Source: Nitrospirota bacterium (GTDB taxonomy: Bacteria > Nitrospirota > JACRHL01). From it: a stretch of DNA of 64,000 nt. Numbering within the stretch: position 1 is the stretch's first letter; the number at the start of each line of letters is the position of its first letter. Below the pieces are notes generated by a model, which did no database searches, was not told the origin of the DNA, and saw nothing but the letters and a program-made list of their open reading frames with translations. This document shows, one piece after another, positions 9,145-17,439 of this stretch. Position numbers and translations under genes: made by a program. The stretch is from assembly GCA_016212085.1 (NCBI GenBank), contig JACRHL010000011.1:64161-128160 (forward strand), given 5' to 3'.

Positions 9145-10173
9145 ATGCATGATCTTCACGCCCAGCTGTTCGAATACCGGGTCAACGCACTGCGCGAGAT
9201 CCGGCCCGCCTTGCGGAGCCTGGCGCGGGAGCTCACCGAGGCCACCCCGCAACAGATGGACGGGGTTCTTTGCGACCACCTGCGGGATCTGCCGTCCTGC
9301 GAGCTGCTCTACGTGCTGGACCGGGAGGGGCGGCAGGTCTCGTCGAACGTGCGCCGCCGGGCCTTTGGCTTCGGTATCGCCCTGGACCGGGGCGAGAAGA
9401 ACGTCTCCAGGGCCCACTGCCACTATTACAGGGACGCGGTGACCGCCCTGGAGTGCGTGATCACCGAGCCGTACCGCAGCAAGGCCACCGGCCACCCGGT
9501 GGTGACCGTCACCTATCCGGTGTCGGACGCGGCGGGCAGGCTGGTCATGGTGATCGCGGCGGACATCCGCGCGCGGGACCTGCTCTACCTGGTCACCTGC
9601 GGCAGCCGCCCGGCGGCGTTCCTCAAGCTCGGCCGGGGCATGTACCTGACCATCGCCCTGTTTCTGGGCGTCATCAGCACCGCCCTGCTGGGGCACGCGC
9701 TGGTGGAGTTGTGGGGGCTGGTCACCCACCTGGGGCGCGAGTTCGATCCGGACCGGCTGTTCCAGGCCACCATCATGGCCACCCTGTCCCTGGCGGTGTT
9801 CGACCTGGGGCGGACGGTGTTCGAGGAAGAGGTGCTGTTCATCCGTGACCCGCACAAGCCGGCGGCCATCCGCAAGGCGCTGTCGCGGTTCATGGGCTCC
9901 ATCATCATCGCCCTGGCCATCGAGGCGCTCCTGCTGGTGTTCAAGAGCACCATCAAGGACCCGTCCCTGTTCCCCAACGCGGTGGCGCTGATCGCGGCGG
10001 TCGGCTTCCTGCTGCTCACCCTGGGGGCCTACGTCTACCTGGGCAGCAGGGCCGAGGCGGCGGCTCCGGCGCGGCCCGGCCGGGAACACGAGCCGCCCGC
10101 CGGCGGGCCGCGCGGGACGGGCGACTCCGCCGGGTCGGCCACCGCCTTTGCCGGCAAGCGCCTCGGCCCCTGA
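9145..10173 (+). CDS. Membrane protein with an N-terminal cytoplasmic Cache/PAS-like sensor domain and a C-terminal 4-TM module; no output domain
   Basis: 342 aa. The Cache-like signature is EPYRSKATGHPVVTVTYPVSDAAGRLVMVIAADIRARDL. Four hydrophobic helices follow, containing AVFDLGRTVFEEEVLFIRD...RKALSRF...IALAIEALLLVF, and then a Pro/Gly/Ala-rich tail. Confidence 0.7.
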   Translation: MHDLHAQLFEYRVNALREIRPALRSLARELTEATPQQMDGVLCDHLRDLPSCELLYVLDREGRQVSSNVRRRAFGFGIALDRGEKNVSRAHCHYYRDAVTALECVITEPYRSKATGHPVVTVTYPVSDAAGRLVMVIAADIRARDLLYLVTCGSRPAAFLKLGRGMYLTIALFLGVISTALLGHALVELWGLVTHLGREFDPDRLFQATIMATLSLAVFDLGRTVFEEEVLFIRDPHKPAAIRKALSRFMGSIIIALAIEALLLVFKSTIKDPSLFPNAVALIAAVGFLLLTLGAYVYLGSRAEAAAPARPGREHEPPAGGPRGTGDSAGSATAFAGKRLGP

Positions 10174-10186
10174 CCGGGGCCGTCGC

Positions 10187-11851
10187 TCACGCCGGATAGG
10201 CCGGTGTGGTGCGCAGCCGCGTGTCCGGCACCGGGCCGCCCACGGTAAAATGGTACACGCTTTGCCAGGCGGTGCCGGTGATGCCGAACAGTTCGTGGAC
10301 CGGATCGTCCAGGTAACAGCCGATGCCCGTTCCCGCCAGCCCCCACGCCTCGGCCTCCAGGTACAGCAATTGGCCGATGGCACCGGCCTCCCAGAACAGG
10401 CGGCGGTAGGCCCAGGCGCCGTCCCGCTGGAGGGTGGACGCGAACTCCGCCAGCATGCCCAGGCTGAAGGCGCCCTGGGCGGCGATGTCCTGGTGGCAGC
10501 TCAGCGCCCGCGCGGCGCCGGTGGCGTTGCCCGCCATCAGGAGGCTCAGGTCCAGCCCGTCGGGGCAGCCCGGGGGGCGCTCCCAGGCGAATTCCGGGTG
10601 GCTCAATCCGGCGCGGAGCGCGGCCCCTCGCGCCGGGTCGCGGCACAGCACGTAAAGTCCGGGGGCGATGCCCACGACCCGGTGCACGAACAGCAGCAGG
10701 TGGATCGCCGGGGGCCACGCCATCGCCGCCAGGGCGGGCCCGCCATGCACCAGCCGCCCGAGGGTGGCAAACAAGGCGGCCGCGGGCATGGGGGTGACGC
10801 CATCCATGTCCACCGCGCTGCGCCGCCGCCGGACCAGGCGGCGCAGGGAGGGGGCCTCGCGCCGGGGGGACGCGGGCGCCGCCCACGGCGGCTCCGGCGC
10901 GGGCGCCAACCCGTTCCGAACCGGGGTGGCGGGCTTGACGGTGGCCTCGGCCACCCGGTCCATGTCGTCCCAGGGGACGTGGACCGGGCTCAGGGCGTTG
11001 GCCGTGCCGCGCCAGGGGCCGGCGGCCACGGCGCCGATGCCGTCCGCCCGCAACGATCCGGACGCGGGCGGCCCGCCGTCCGGGAACAGGCAGACGATCA
11101 CGTCCGGGTGCTCCGGTTCCGTCTCCCCATGGGCCGGCCCCGGCGGCCAGGGGAGCCCCAGCAGGGCCGCCACTTGCTCGTCTCCCAGATCGTCCAGTAT
11201 CCGCGCGCTCCAGCCGAGCCCGGCGGCGGCCACGGCCACGGCGGCGATGGCGTGGCCCACGTCGTGCTGGCAGTAGCGGAAGGCGCGCATGCCGTACTTC
11301 CAGGCCTCGCGCCAGTGGATGGACGCAAGGCCGACCAGCACCGCGTTCGGCTCCAGGTCTCCCGCCAGGGCCGCCCAGGTGGCGGCGTCGAGGCGGCGGC
11401 GCACCTCCAGGGCGTGGGGCTCCGGGGCGTAGTGGGCCACCATGCCGCCCGCGCACAGCCCCGCCACCGGGCCGCACACCAGATACCCTTCCGTGGGGTG
11501 CAGGTTGCCGCTGGACGGGTTCACCCGCAGGGCCCAGCGGCTGGGGCCCGCCTCCTTCCAGGCGGAAAGGGCCAGGCTGTCGTAGAACAGCCGGCCGATG
11601 GCGCGGCCGTCCAGCGCCGCCGGGGCAACGGGCGGCCCGGCAAACACCCGGTCGTAGGCCGGATCGGTGCCCACCGCAAGGGGCGCGTCGACGGGACAGC
11701 GCATCAGGGGCAGCAGCTCGGCCCCCGCATAGCGGCGGAAGGGATCGGGCCGGGAGGCCCAGTCCAGCCCCCGGGGGCCCGGCGCATAGCCGTCGAACCG
11801 GTGCTTGCTGGCGGCGTGATAGGCCATCACGGTATCGAGCGGGTCGGCCAT
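10187..11851 (-). CDS. SagB/ThcOx-type dehydrogenase (tandem nitroreductase-fold protein)
   Basis: 554 aa. The N-terminus MADPLDTVMAYHAASKHRF...LDWASRPDPFRRY is a SagB-type start. A second nitroreductase-like half follows (..HPEFAWERPPG..CYLDDPVHELFGI). No YcaO gene or precursor-peptide ORF lies nearby. Confidence 0.7.
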   Translation of the reverse strand: MADPLDTVMAYHAASKHRFDGYAPGPRGLDWASRPDPFRRYAGAELLPLMRCPVDAPLAVGTDPAYDRVFAGPPVAPAALDGRAIGRLFYDSLALSAWKEAGPSRWALRVNPSSGNLHPTEGYLVCGPVAGLCAGGMVAHYAPEPHALEVRRRLDAATWAALAGDLEPNAVLVGLASIHWREAWKYGMRAFRYCQHDVGHAIAAVAVAAAGLGWSARILDDLGDEQVAALLGLPWPPGPAHGETEPEHPDVIVCLFPDGGPPASGSLRADGIGAVAAGPWRGTANALSPVHVPWDDMDRVAEATVKPATPVRNGLAPAPEPPWAAPASPRREAPSLRRLVRRRRSAVDMDGVTPMPAAALFATLGRLVHGGPALAAMAWPPAIHLLLFVHRVVGIAPGLYVLCRDPARGAALRAGLSHPEFAWERPPGCPDGLDLSLLMAGNATGAARALSCHQDIAAQGAFSLGMLAEFASTLQRDGAWAYRRLFWEAGAIGQLLYLEAEAWGLAGTGIGCYLDDPVHELFGITGTAWQSVYHFTVGGPVPDTRLRTTPAYPA

Positions 11852-11891
11852 GGGGGCAGTGTACGCCCGCGTCCCCGCCCCGGACACCGCT

Positions 11892-12035
11892 GGGCACCTC
11901 TAATAACCTGCTGCGCGCCGCGATTGCTGCGTTGGGCGGTGCTCGAACCCTCTCCTATCACCATGATATGTCTCGGGTTCTGCGCTCCGTCCGCCTTGCA
12001 CTCACGCCGCTCGCGACGCTTATTAGAGGTGCCCC
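11892..12035. repeat. 144-bp MITE/REP-like intergenic element with 15-bp perfect terminal inverted repeats; contains copy A of a 3-copy motif
   Basis: GGGCACCTCTAATAA at 11892-11906 pairs with TTATTAGAGGTGCCC at 12021-12035. The right end carries CCTTGCACTCACGCCGCTCGCGACGCTTATTAGAGG, which recurs at about 17736 and, reverse-complemented, at about 60507. Confidence 0.6.
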
Positions 12036-12059
12036 GTCTTGTGGTGCGCTGGCGGCGAT

Positions 12060-12932
12060 TCAGCACATGGCCGCGATCAGGGAGCGGAACGCGTCGCCGT
12101 TCCCCTTGATGGGGCGCTTGACCGGGGGGCCGTCCGCCAGCGCCGGTTCCCGGTCCGCGTAGCTGGGCCGCTCCACCTGGTAGAACAGGCCGGTTGGAAG
12201 GCGCTCGGACTCGCCCGCCGCCCGCATCGCGGCGGCCAGGTCGGCCGGATCGTGCCCGGCCTCCTCCAGCTTGTAGACCCGCTCGCGGAAATAGGGGTAG
12301 GTGTTCAGGTGGTTGTAGGTGACGCACGGGGAGAACACGTCCACCAGGGCGAACCCCCGGTGCCGCATGCCCCCGGCGATGAGCCCGGCCATCTGGGCGA
12401 CATCGCCGGAGAAGCCCCGCGCCACGTAGCCGCAGCCGGCGGCCAGGGCCATGGCCAGGGGGTTCAGGGGAAGCTCCGGGTTGCCCCGGGGGGTGCTCTT
12501 GGTGACGACCTCCAGCCCGGTGGTGGGGGAGGCCTGGCCGGTGGTCAGCCCATACACCTGGTTGTTCATCACCACGTAGGTGAGGTTCAGGTTGCGGCGC
12601 ATGGCGTGCAGCATATGCCCCAGGCCGATGCCGTAGCCGTCGCCGTCACCCCCGGTGATGACCACCGTCAGGTCCGTGTTGGCCAGGTGCGCGCCGGTGG
12701 CCAGGGGTACCGCCCGGCCGTGCAGGCCGTGGACGCCGTAGGCGTGGATGAAGCCCGGCAGGTTGGAGGAGCAGCCGATGCCCGAGACCACCAGCATGTC
12801 GTCGGGGCGGATGCCCAGGCTCCCGGCCGCCTGCTTGAGCGCCTTCAGGACGCCGAAGTCGCCGCACGCGGGGCACCAGTCCGGGTCCACCGGGCCGTCG
12901 TAGGTTTCGATGGGCAGTTCAAGCGTGGCCAT
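12060..12932 (-). CDS. korB: 2-oxoacid:ferredoxin oxidoreductase beta subunit (TPP-binding), KorB-like
   Basis: 290 aa with CPGCGDFGVL...GIGCSS...GGDGDGYGIG, the TPP/FeS motifs of KorB/PorB. It overlaps the korA stop. Confidence 0.85.
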   Translation of the reverse strand: MATLELPIETYDGPVDPDWCPACGDFGVLKALKQAAGSLGIRPDDMLVVSGIGCSSNLPGFIHAYGVHGLHGRAVPLATGAHLANTDLTVVITGGDGDGYGIGLGHMLHAMRRNLNLTYVVMNNQVYGLTTGQASPTTGLEVVTKSTPRGNPELPLNPLAMALAAGCGYVARGFSGDVAQMAGLIAGGMRHRGFALVDVFSPCVTYNHLNTYPYFRERVYKLEEAGHDPADLAAAMRAAGESERLPTGLFYQVERPSYADREPALADGPPVKRPIKGNGDAFRSLIAAMC

Positions 12933-14928
12933 GGGCCGCCTCCTGGGTGCGGGGGATGGGGTGATGCAGGGCCAGCACCGCCCCGGTATCGGCGCCGATC
13001 ACCAGCAGCCCCATGTCGTGCCCGTCGTCGCGGCCCTCCAGGCGCGCCTCCCAGGCGGGCTCGCCATACACATGCTCGCCCACCCGGCGCAGCGTCGCGG
13101 GCCAGGCCATGTCGCCCAGCCGGCTGCGGATGTAGTGGTACGCGCACTCACGGGCCTCGCCCTCCGAAAGGGCCAGGGGCTGGCTGCGGCCCGTCAGGAC
13201 GGCCTGCGCCCGCTCGGCGATGTAGCCGGGGGTGAACGGCTCGCCGTCGTAGCGGAGCACCAGGCCGTGCGCCCGGTGGCCGGTCTCGGCCCGCAGGTAG
13301 CGGGCAAACTGACCGGTCAGGTTGTTCTCCACCACCACGGTGCGGCGGGCGGTGTCGATGGCCTCCAGCATGGCACCGGTGGGGAACGGCAGCAGGTACT
13401 TCACCTGCATCTGGCCGGCCACCACGCCCCGCTCCGAGAGCAGGTCCACCGCCTCGCGGATGACGCCGCCGGTGGACCCCCAGCCGATGAGCAGGACCTC
13501 CGGCCGCGAGGCGCCGTAGCGCTCCGGCGGCGGGAGCTGGGCCGCCACGGCCTCCAGCTTGCGCATCCGCTTTTCGTGCATCTTGCGGCGCATGGGGGGG
13601 CTCGCGAACACGTCCGACAGCAGGATTCCCGCCTCGTCATGCTCGTCCGACGCGGCGATGTGCGCCGCCCGCGGGGTGCCGGGCAGGGCCCTGGGCGAGA
13701 CGCCCGATGGGGTCAGCCGGTAGCGCAGGTAGCCGTCCGCCTCGGCGACGTCGTCCACCCGTTCGCCCCGGTCGATGGGCATATCCCAGTCCAGGTCCGT
13801 GTGCTCCACCGTCTCGTAATGCTCCGCCAGCGCCAGGTCGGACATCACGATCACCGGCATCTGGAACCGCTCCGCCAGGTTGAATGCCTCCGCCACGGAG
13901 CCGAAGGCGTCCGCCGTGTCCACGGGGGCCAGGATCGCACGGGGATAGTCGCCCTGGGAGGCCCCGAACACCTGGTTCAGGTCGCCCTGCTCGGTCTTGG
14001 TGGGCACACCGGTGGAGGGGCCCGCGCGCTGCCCCTCCACGATCACCACCGGCGCCTCGATCATGCCGGCGAAACCCACCGCCTCGCTCATCAGGGCAAA
14101 GCCGCCGCCGGAGGTGGCGCACATGGCGCGCACCCCGGCATACCCCGCGCCGATGGCGGTGTGGATCACGGCGATCTCGTCCTCGCACTGCTTGACCACC
14201 ATGCCGAAATCCGGGCCGTGGGCCGCCAGGTAGTGGAGGATGTTGGAGACGGGGGTCATCGGGTAGGCCGCGTAGAACTTGCAGCCCGCCGCCAGGGCGC
14301 CCAGGGCCATGGCCTGGTTGCCGGTGAGGAAGGGGCGCGCCGTGCGCGAAAAGGCCCAGCCGGTGTTCAGCGCGGCGGTGTGTTGCCGGGCGTGGGCGTG
14401 ACCGGCGCGGGTGGCGTCGACGTTGTGCGCGATGACCTCCACGGGCTTGCCCGCGTAGATGTCGCCAGTCACCCCTTCCAGCACCGCCGGGTCAAGGCCC
14501 AGCAAGTGGGCGGCGGCCCCCACCAGCACACTGTTTTGCATGACCGGGGGCACCTTGCCCAGGGGCTTGAGCAACTCCTTGACCGGCATCCCCAGCAGGT
14601 TGACATCCTTGCCCGGCAGCCGCTCGGGGCAGGTGAGACGGTCGGCCGCGTACACGATCCAGCCCCCCGCTTCCACCTGGGGGGCGTGGCGTTCGAGGGT
14701 GTCCTGGTTGAGGGCGATGAGCAGGTTCAGGTGGTCGCCGTGGGAGCGCACCTTGTCCTCGCCCATGCGCAGGGTGAGCCAGATGTGCCCCCCCCGGATC
14801 ACCGACTGGTAGCTGTTGTAGGCGTAGGCGTGAAGCCCCAGACGGGTGCCCGTCCGCGCGAGGATGTCGCCGCAGCGGGCGAGCCCGTCTCCCGCCGCAC
14901 CGCCGATTCCGATGCTGAGTGCGCCCAT
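12919..14928 (-). CDS. korA: 2-oxoacid (2-oxoglutarate):ferredoxin oxidoreductase alpha subunit, KorA-like
   Basis: 669 aa from MGALSIGIGGAAGDG. The chosen start is the ATG 5 nt after a GGAGG RBS; the upstream GTG abuts the RBS. A gamma-like N-terminal domain is fused to the alpha domain (YPMTPVSNILHYLA). Confidence 0.85.
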   Translation of the reverse strand: MGALSIGIGGAAGDGLARCGDILARTGTRLGLHAYAYNSYQSVIRGGHIWLTLRMGEDKVRSHGDHLNLLIALNQDTLERHAPQVEAGGWIVYAADRLTCPERLPGKDVNLLGMPVKELLKPLGKVPPVMQNSVLVGAAAHLLGLDPAVLEGVTGDIYAGKPVEVIAHNVDATRAGHAHARQHTAALNTGWAFSRTARPFLTGNQAMALGALAAGCKFYAAYPMTPVSNILHYLAAHGPDFGMVVKQCEDEIAVIHTAIGAGYAGVRAMCATSGGGFALMSEAVGFAGMIEAPVVIVEGQRAGPSTGVPTKTEQGDLNQVFGASQGDYPRAILAPVDTADAFGSVAEAFNLAERFQMPVIVMSDLALAEHYETVEHTDLDWDMPIDRGERVDDVAEADGYLRYRLTPSGVSPRALPGTPRAAHIAASDEHDEAGILLSDVFASPPMRRKMHEKRMRKLEAVAAQLPPPERYGASRPEVLLIGWGSTGGVIREAVDLLSERGVVAGQMQVKYLLPFPTGAMLEAIDTARRTVVVENNLTGQFARYLRAETGHRAHGLVLRYDGEPFTPGYIAERAQAVLTGRSQPLALSEGEARECAYHYIRSRLGDMAWPATLRRVGEHVYGEPAWEARLEGRDDGHDMGLLVIGADTGAVLALHHPIPRTQEAAHGHA

Positions 14929-15153
14929 CGTCACCTCCGTGTCGAAAGCGTGGGCATGTATTACTGGGGCACACTTCGAACGTACACCCGTGGCGGCCGC
15001 TGCGCCAGCCGGTAATGCCCTGATTTAATTCGATGTGGCGGTTGCGCAGCGCCCTGTTTGGCGCCACTGTTAAGCAAGGCCCCAAGCGGATGAATCCCCT
15101 GGGCGAGTGGGGATGGGGTTGTTTTCCCACTCCCCAACGCGTGGAGAGACACC

Positions 15154-15465
15154 ATGGCATATGTGGTCACCGAGAACTGTCGGGGTTGCCGCTACACCGA
15201 CTGCGTAACGGTCTGCCCGGTGGAGTGCTTCTGGGGCGACGGGGAGATGCTGTACATCGACCCGGAAACCTGCATCGATTGCGGCGCCTGCATCCCCGAG
15301 TGCCCGGTGGAGGCCATCTTTGCGGACGACGAAGTGCCCGCCGGCCAGGAGGAATGGATCGGGATCAACGCCGAGCGCTGTGCCAGCGGGGAGCTGGTGA
15401 ACGTCACCGCGAAGGCGGCCGCCCTCGCCGGTGCCGACGCGCGCAAGGCCGCCCTCGGTTTCTAG
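15154..15465 (+). CDS. fdxA: 7Fe ([3Fe-4S][4Fe-4S]) ferredoxin, Azotobacter FdxA type
   Basis: 103 aa, [27 protein letters not shown]...[17 protein letters not shown], the FdxA cysteine pattern. Confidence 0.85.
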   Translation: MAYVVTENCRGCRYTDCVTVCPVECFWGDGEMLYIDPETCIDCGACIPECPVEAIFADDEVPAGQEEWIGINAERCASGELVNVTAKAAALAGADARKAALGF

Positions 15466-15492
15466 GCTGAGGGTCGCCCCCGCGCCCCGGCG

Positions 15493-15975
15493 TCATAACG
15501 ACGGGCGTTCGGCCTCGGGAATGGTCAACGCCAGTTCGAGCCGCTTGATCTCGTCCAGGTGGCCCTGCTCCAGGCGCGACAGATCCTCGAAAAAGGCCCG
15601 CATGGACGGATCGTCCGTTTCCGTGGCCAGGTCGCGGTAACTGTCGCGGGCCTCGGCCTCGCGCCGCCGGGCGAGCTTCAGGATCTCCTTGCTGTCGCCC
15701 TTGCGCACCGTCTTCTCGTCCTCCGGAGAGATCACGCCGGAGACCCGCTCTTCCAGTTTCTCCACGTAGGCGAACGCGTCGAAATCCAGGTTGAGCGGTG
15801 GTTCCGACACGCGGCGGGCCAGATCCCGCGCGTGGTCCACCTCCAGGTCGGCCAGTTCCATGAACAGGACGCGGGAGTCGTCCCGGTCGGTCAGTGTCGT
15901 GGCCAGGCGGTAAAAGGCGCGCGACTTGACCTCGCTCAACAGCGCCCGCTTGACGGTTTTGATGGATGTTGCCAT
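15493..15975 (-). CDS. Ferritin-like diiron-carboxylate protein (rubrerythrin/bacterioferritin-like four-helix bundle)
   Basis: 160 aa with two ExxH motifs (LEVDHARDL and LEQGHLDE), each preceded by a Glu-containing helix. About 65% identical to the C-terminal half of the ORF at 16486-17439. Confidence 0.65.
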   Translation of the reverse strand: MATSIKTVKRALLSEVKSRAFYRLATTLTDRDDSRVLFMELADLEVDHARDLARRVSEPPLNLDFDAFAYVEKLEERVSGVISPEDEKTVRKGDSKEILKLARRREAEARDSYRDLATETDDPSMRAFFEDLSRLEQGHLDEIKRLELALTIPEAERPSL

Positions 15976-16001
15976 GGTGCCCTCCTGTTGCCGGGGTGCC
16001 G

Positions 16002-16027
16002 CCCGGCGCGCACGAGGCCGCGCCGGG
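16002..16027. other. Perfect 9-bp stem-loop between the Rieske and ferritin-like genes (CCCGGCGCG-N8-CGCGCCGGG)
   Basis: Read directly from the sequence. There is no downstream T-run, so this may be an mRNA processing or attenuation structure rather than an intrinsic terminator. Confidence 0.4.
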
Positions 16028-16041
16028 AGCCGGCGGCCGGC

Positions 16042-16350
16042 TTACACCTCGATTTCAATTTCCTCCCCGGTGACGCGGACGTTGTAGCGCGTCACGTCCT
16101 CCCCCGCCGGCGGCATGGTGACCTCCCCGGAGGCGATGGTGAAATGGGCGCCGTGCCAGGGACACACCACCTCGTCCCCCTGGATGAGCCCCTCGGACAG
16201 CGGCCCCCCCATGTGGGTGCAGGCGTCGTCGATGGCGAAGAACGTGCCACCCAGGTTGAACAGCGCGATGCGCCTGGCCCCCACCCGCACGCATTTCGCG
16301 CCCTGGTCGGGTATTTCCATCTTCTTGGCGATGGCGATGAATTGCGACAT
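16042..16350 (-). CDS. Small Rieske [2Fe-2S] ferredoxin-like protein
   Basis: 103 aa from MSQFIAIAKKMEIP. The Rieske ligands are CTHMGGPLSEG and CPWHGAHF. A GGAGG RBS lies before the ATG. Confidence 0.8.
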   Translation of the reverse strand: MSQFIAIAKKMEIPDQGAKCVRVGARRIALFNLGGTFFAIDDACTHMGGPLSEGLIQGDEVVCPWHGAHFTIASGEVTMPPAGEDVTRYNVRVTGEEIEIEV

Positions 16351-16485
16351 GGCGATAGCCTCCTTGCGCCATGGCAGCCGCGCCCTCCCGTCGGGATGCC
16401 GTCCTGATTTGACTATATGCCCCCCACCGGCGCTGCGCCAGGAAGGGGGGGGCACATGGGCGGGCAACCGCCCCCGGCCGCGCCG

Positions 16486-17439
16486 TCACGCGGCCGGGGG
16501 CGCCGCGTCGGCCGTCCCGAGGTGTGCTTCCAGCCGCCGGAGCCCTTCGAGATGGGCCTGTTCGGTGCGGGAGAGCTCCTCGCAGAACGCCCGCATCAGC
16601 GGATCGTCCGCCTCCTGCGCCAGCTCCCGGTAATTGTCCCGCGCCTCCGCCTCGCGGCGCTTGGCCAGCTTCAACACGGCCCTGGGGTCCCCCTCGCGCA
16701 CGGTTTTTTCGTCCTGCGGCGCCAGGGTGCCGGAGATCTGTTTCTCCCACTTGCTCACGTAAGCGAACGGGTCGAAATCCAGGTTGAGCGGCGGCCTGGA
16801 GGCGCGCTCGGCGAGTTCGCGTGCGTGGCCCACCTCCAGCGCGGCCAGGTCCAGGAACAGGGCGCGGGAGTCGTCCCGGTTCGTCAGATCGGCGGCCAGG
16901 CGGTAGAAGGCCCGCGACTTGATTTCGCTCAGCAGTGCGCTCTTGATGGTTTTGGCGGGGGTGAGCGCGGAGGTCTCGGTGCTGTTCTCGGCGTGGGCGC
17001 TGAGCCGCTGGAAGGCGCCCAGGCACACCACGCCCAGGCTGGCGACGGCGAGCAGCAGCGTGGGGTAGATGATCTGCGCCATCTCCTGCGTGGCCGCGCT
17101 GAAGATGAACACCAGCGCCTCCAGGTAGGCGGCGATGGTCACGATCACCAGGAACTTGGTGAGGGTCTTGCGGGCCTCGGCGGAGGAGCGCAGTTCCCGG
17201 TTGCGCAAGACCTCCTCCTCGATCAGGTATTTGCTCACGTCGAACACCGCCACGGCGACGACGATGAGGCCGATGGCGTCCAGCATCCGGGGCACCGCCT
17301 CGGTGCTGGAGTGGAACGCCAGCCACACGTCCCAGCCGCCGGCGCCGATCATGGCAAGGCTGATCAGCAGCAGCGAGGTGCTCGCCGTGATGTACATGAT
17401 GTGGGTGACGAGGGTGTGTAGGCGGTTCTGGTTCCTCAT
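16486..17439 (-). CDS. Membrane-anchored ferritin-like diiron protein: an N-terminal 4-TM module fused to a ferritin-like domain
   Basis: 317 aa from MRNQNRLHTLVTHIMYITAST. The TM module (AVFDVSKYLIEEEVLRNRE...RKTLTKF...IAAYLEALVFIF) is homologous to the C-terminal module of the 9145-10173 protein. The C-terminal about 160 aa is a paralog of the ORF at 15493-15975. Confidence 0.65.
   Translation of the reverse strand: MRNQNRLHTLVTHIMYITASTSLLLISLAMIGAGGWDVWLAFHSSTEAVPRMLDAIGLIVVAVAVFDVSKYLIEEEVLRNRELRSSAEARKTLTKFLVIVTIAAYLEALVFIFSAATQEMAQIIYPTLLLAVASLGVVCLGAFQRLSAHAENSTETSALTPAKTIKSALLSEIKSRAFYRLAADLTNRDDSRALFLDLAALEVGHARELAERASRPPLNLDFDPFAYVSKWEKQISGTLAPQDEKTVREGDPRAVLKLAKRREAEARDNYRELAQEADDPLMRAFCEELSRTEQAHLEGLRRLEAHLGTADAAPPAA

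Noticed and set aside
5969-9442. 1157-aa plus-strand ORF antisense to nifN/nifE
   Set aside because: Antisense to confidently identified nif genes. Composition is Gly/Ala/Arg-dominated with no recognisable domain. It is a high-GC artefact.
10035-11897. 620-aa minus ORF and 653-aa plus ORF (10148-12109) overlapping the SagB-like gene
   Set aside because: These are alternate-frame or antisense translations with extreme Gly/Arg/Pro bias. The SagB-like frame has the recognisable domain signature.
14990-15010. TGT-N11-ACA near-match (tgtattactggggcaca) between korA and fdxA as a NifA site
   Set aside because: The spacing is 11 rather than 10, and no sigma54 -24/-12 element with correct GG-N10-GC spacing was found nearby.
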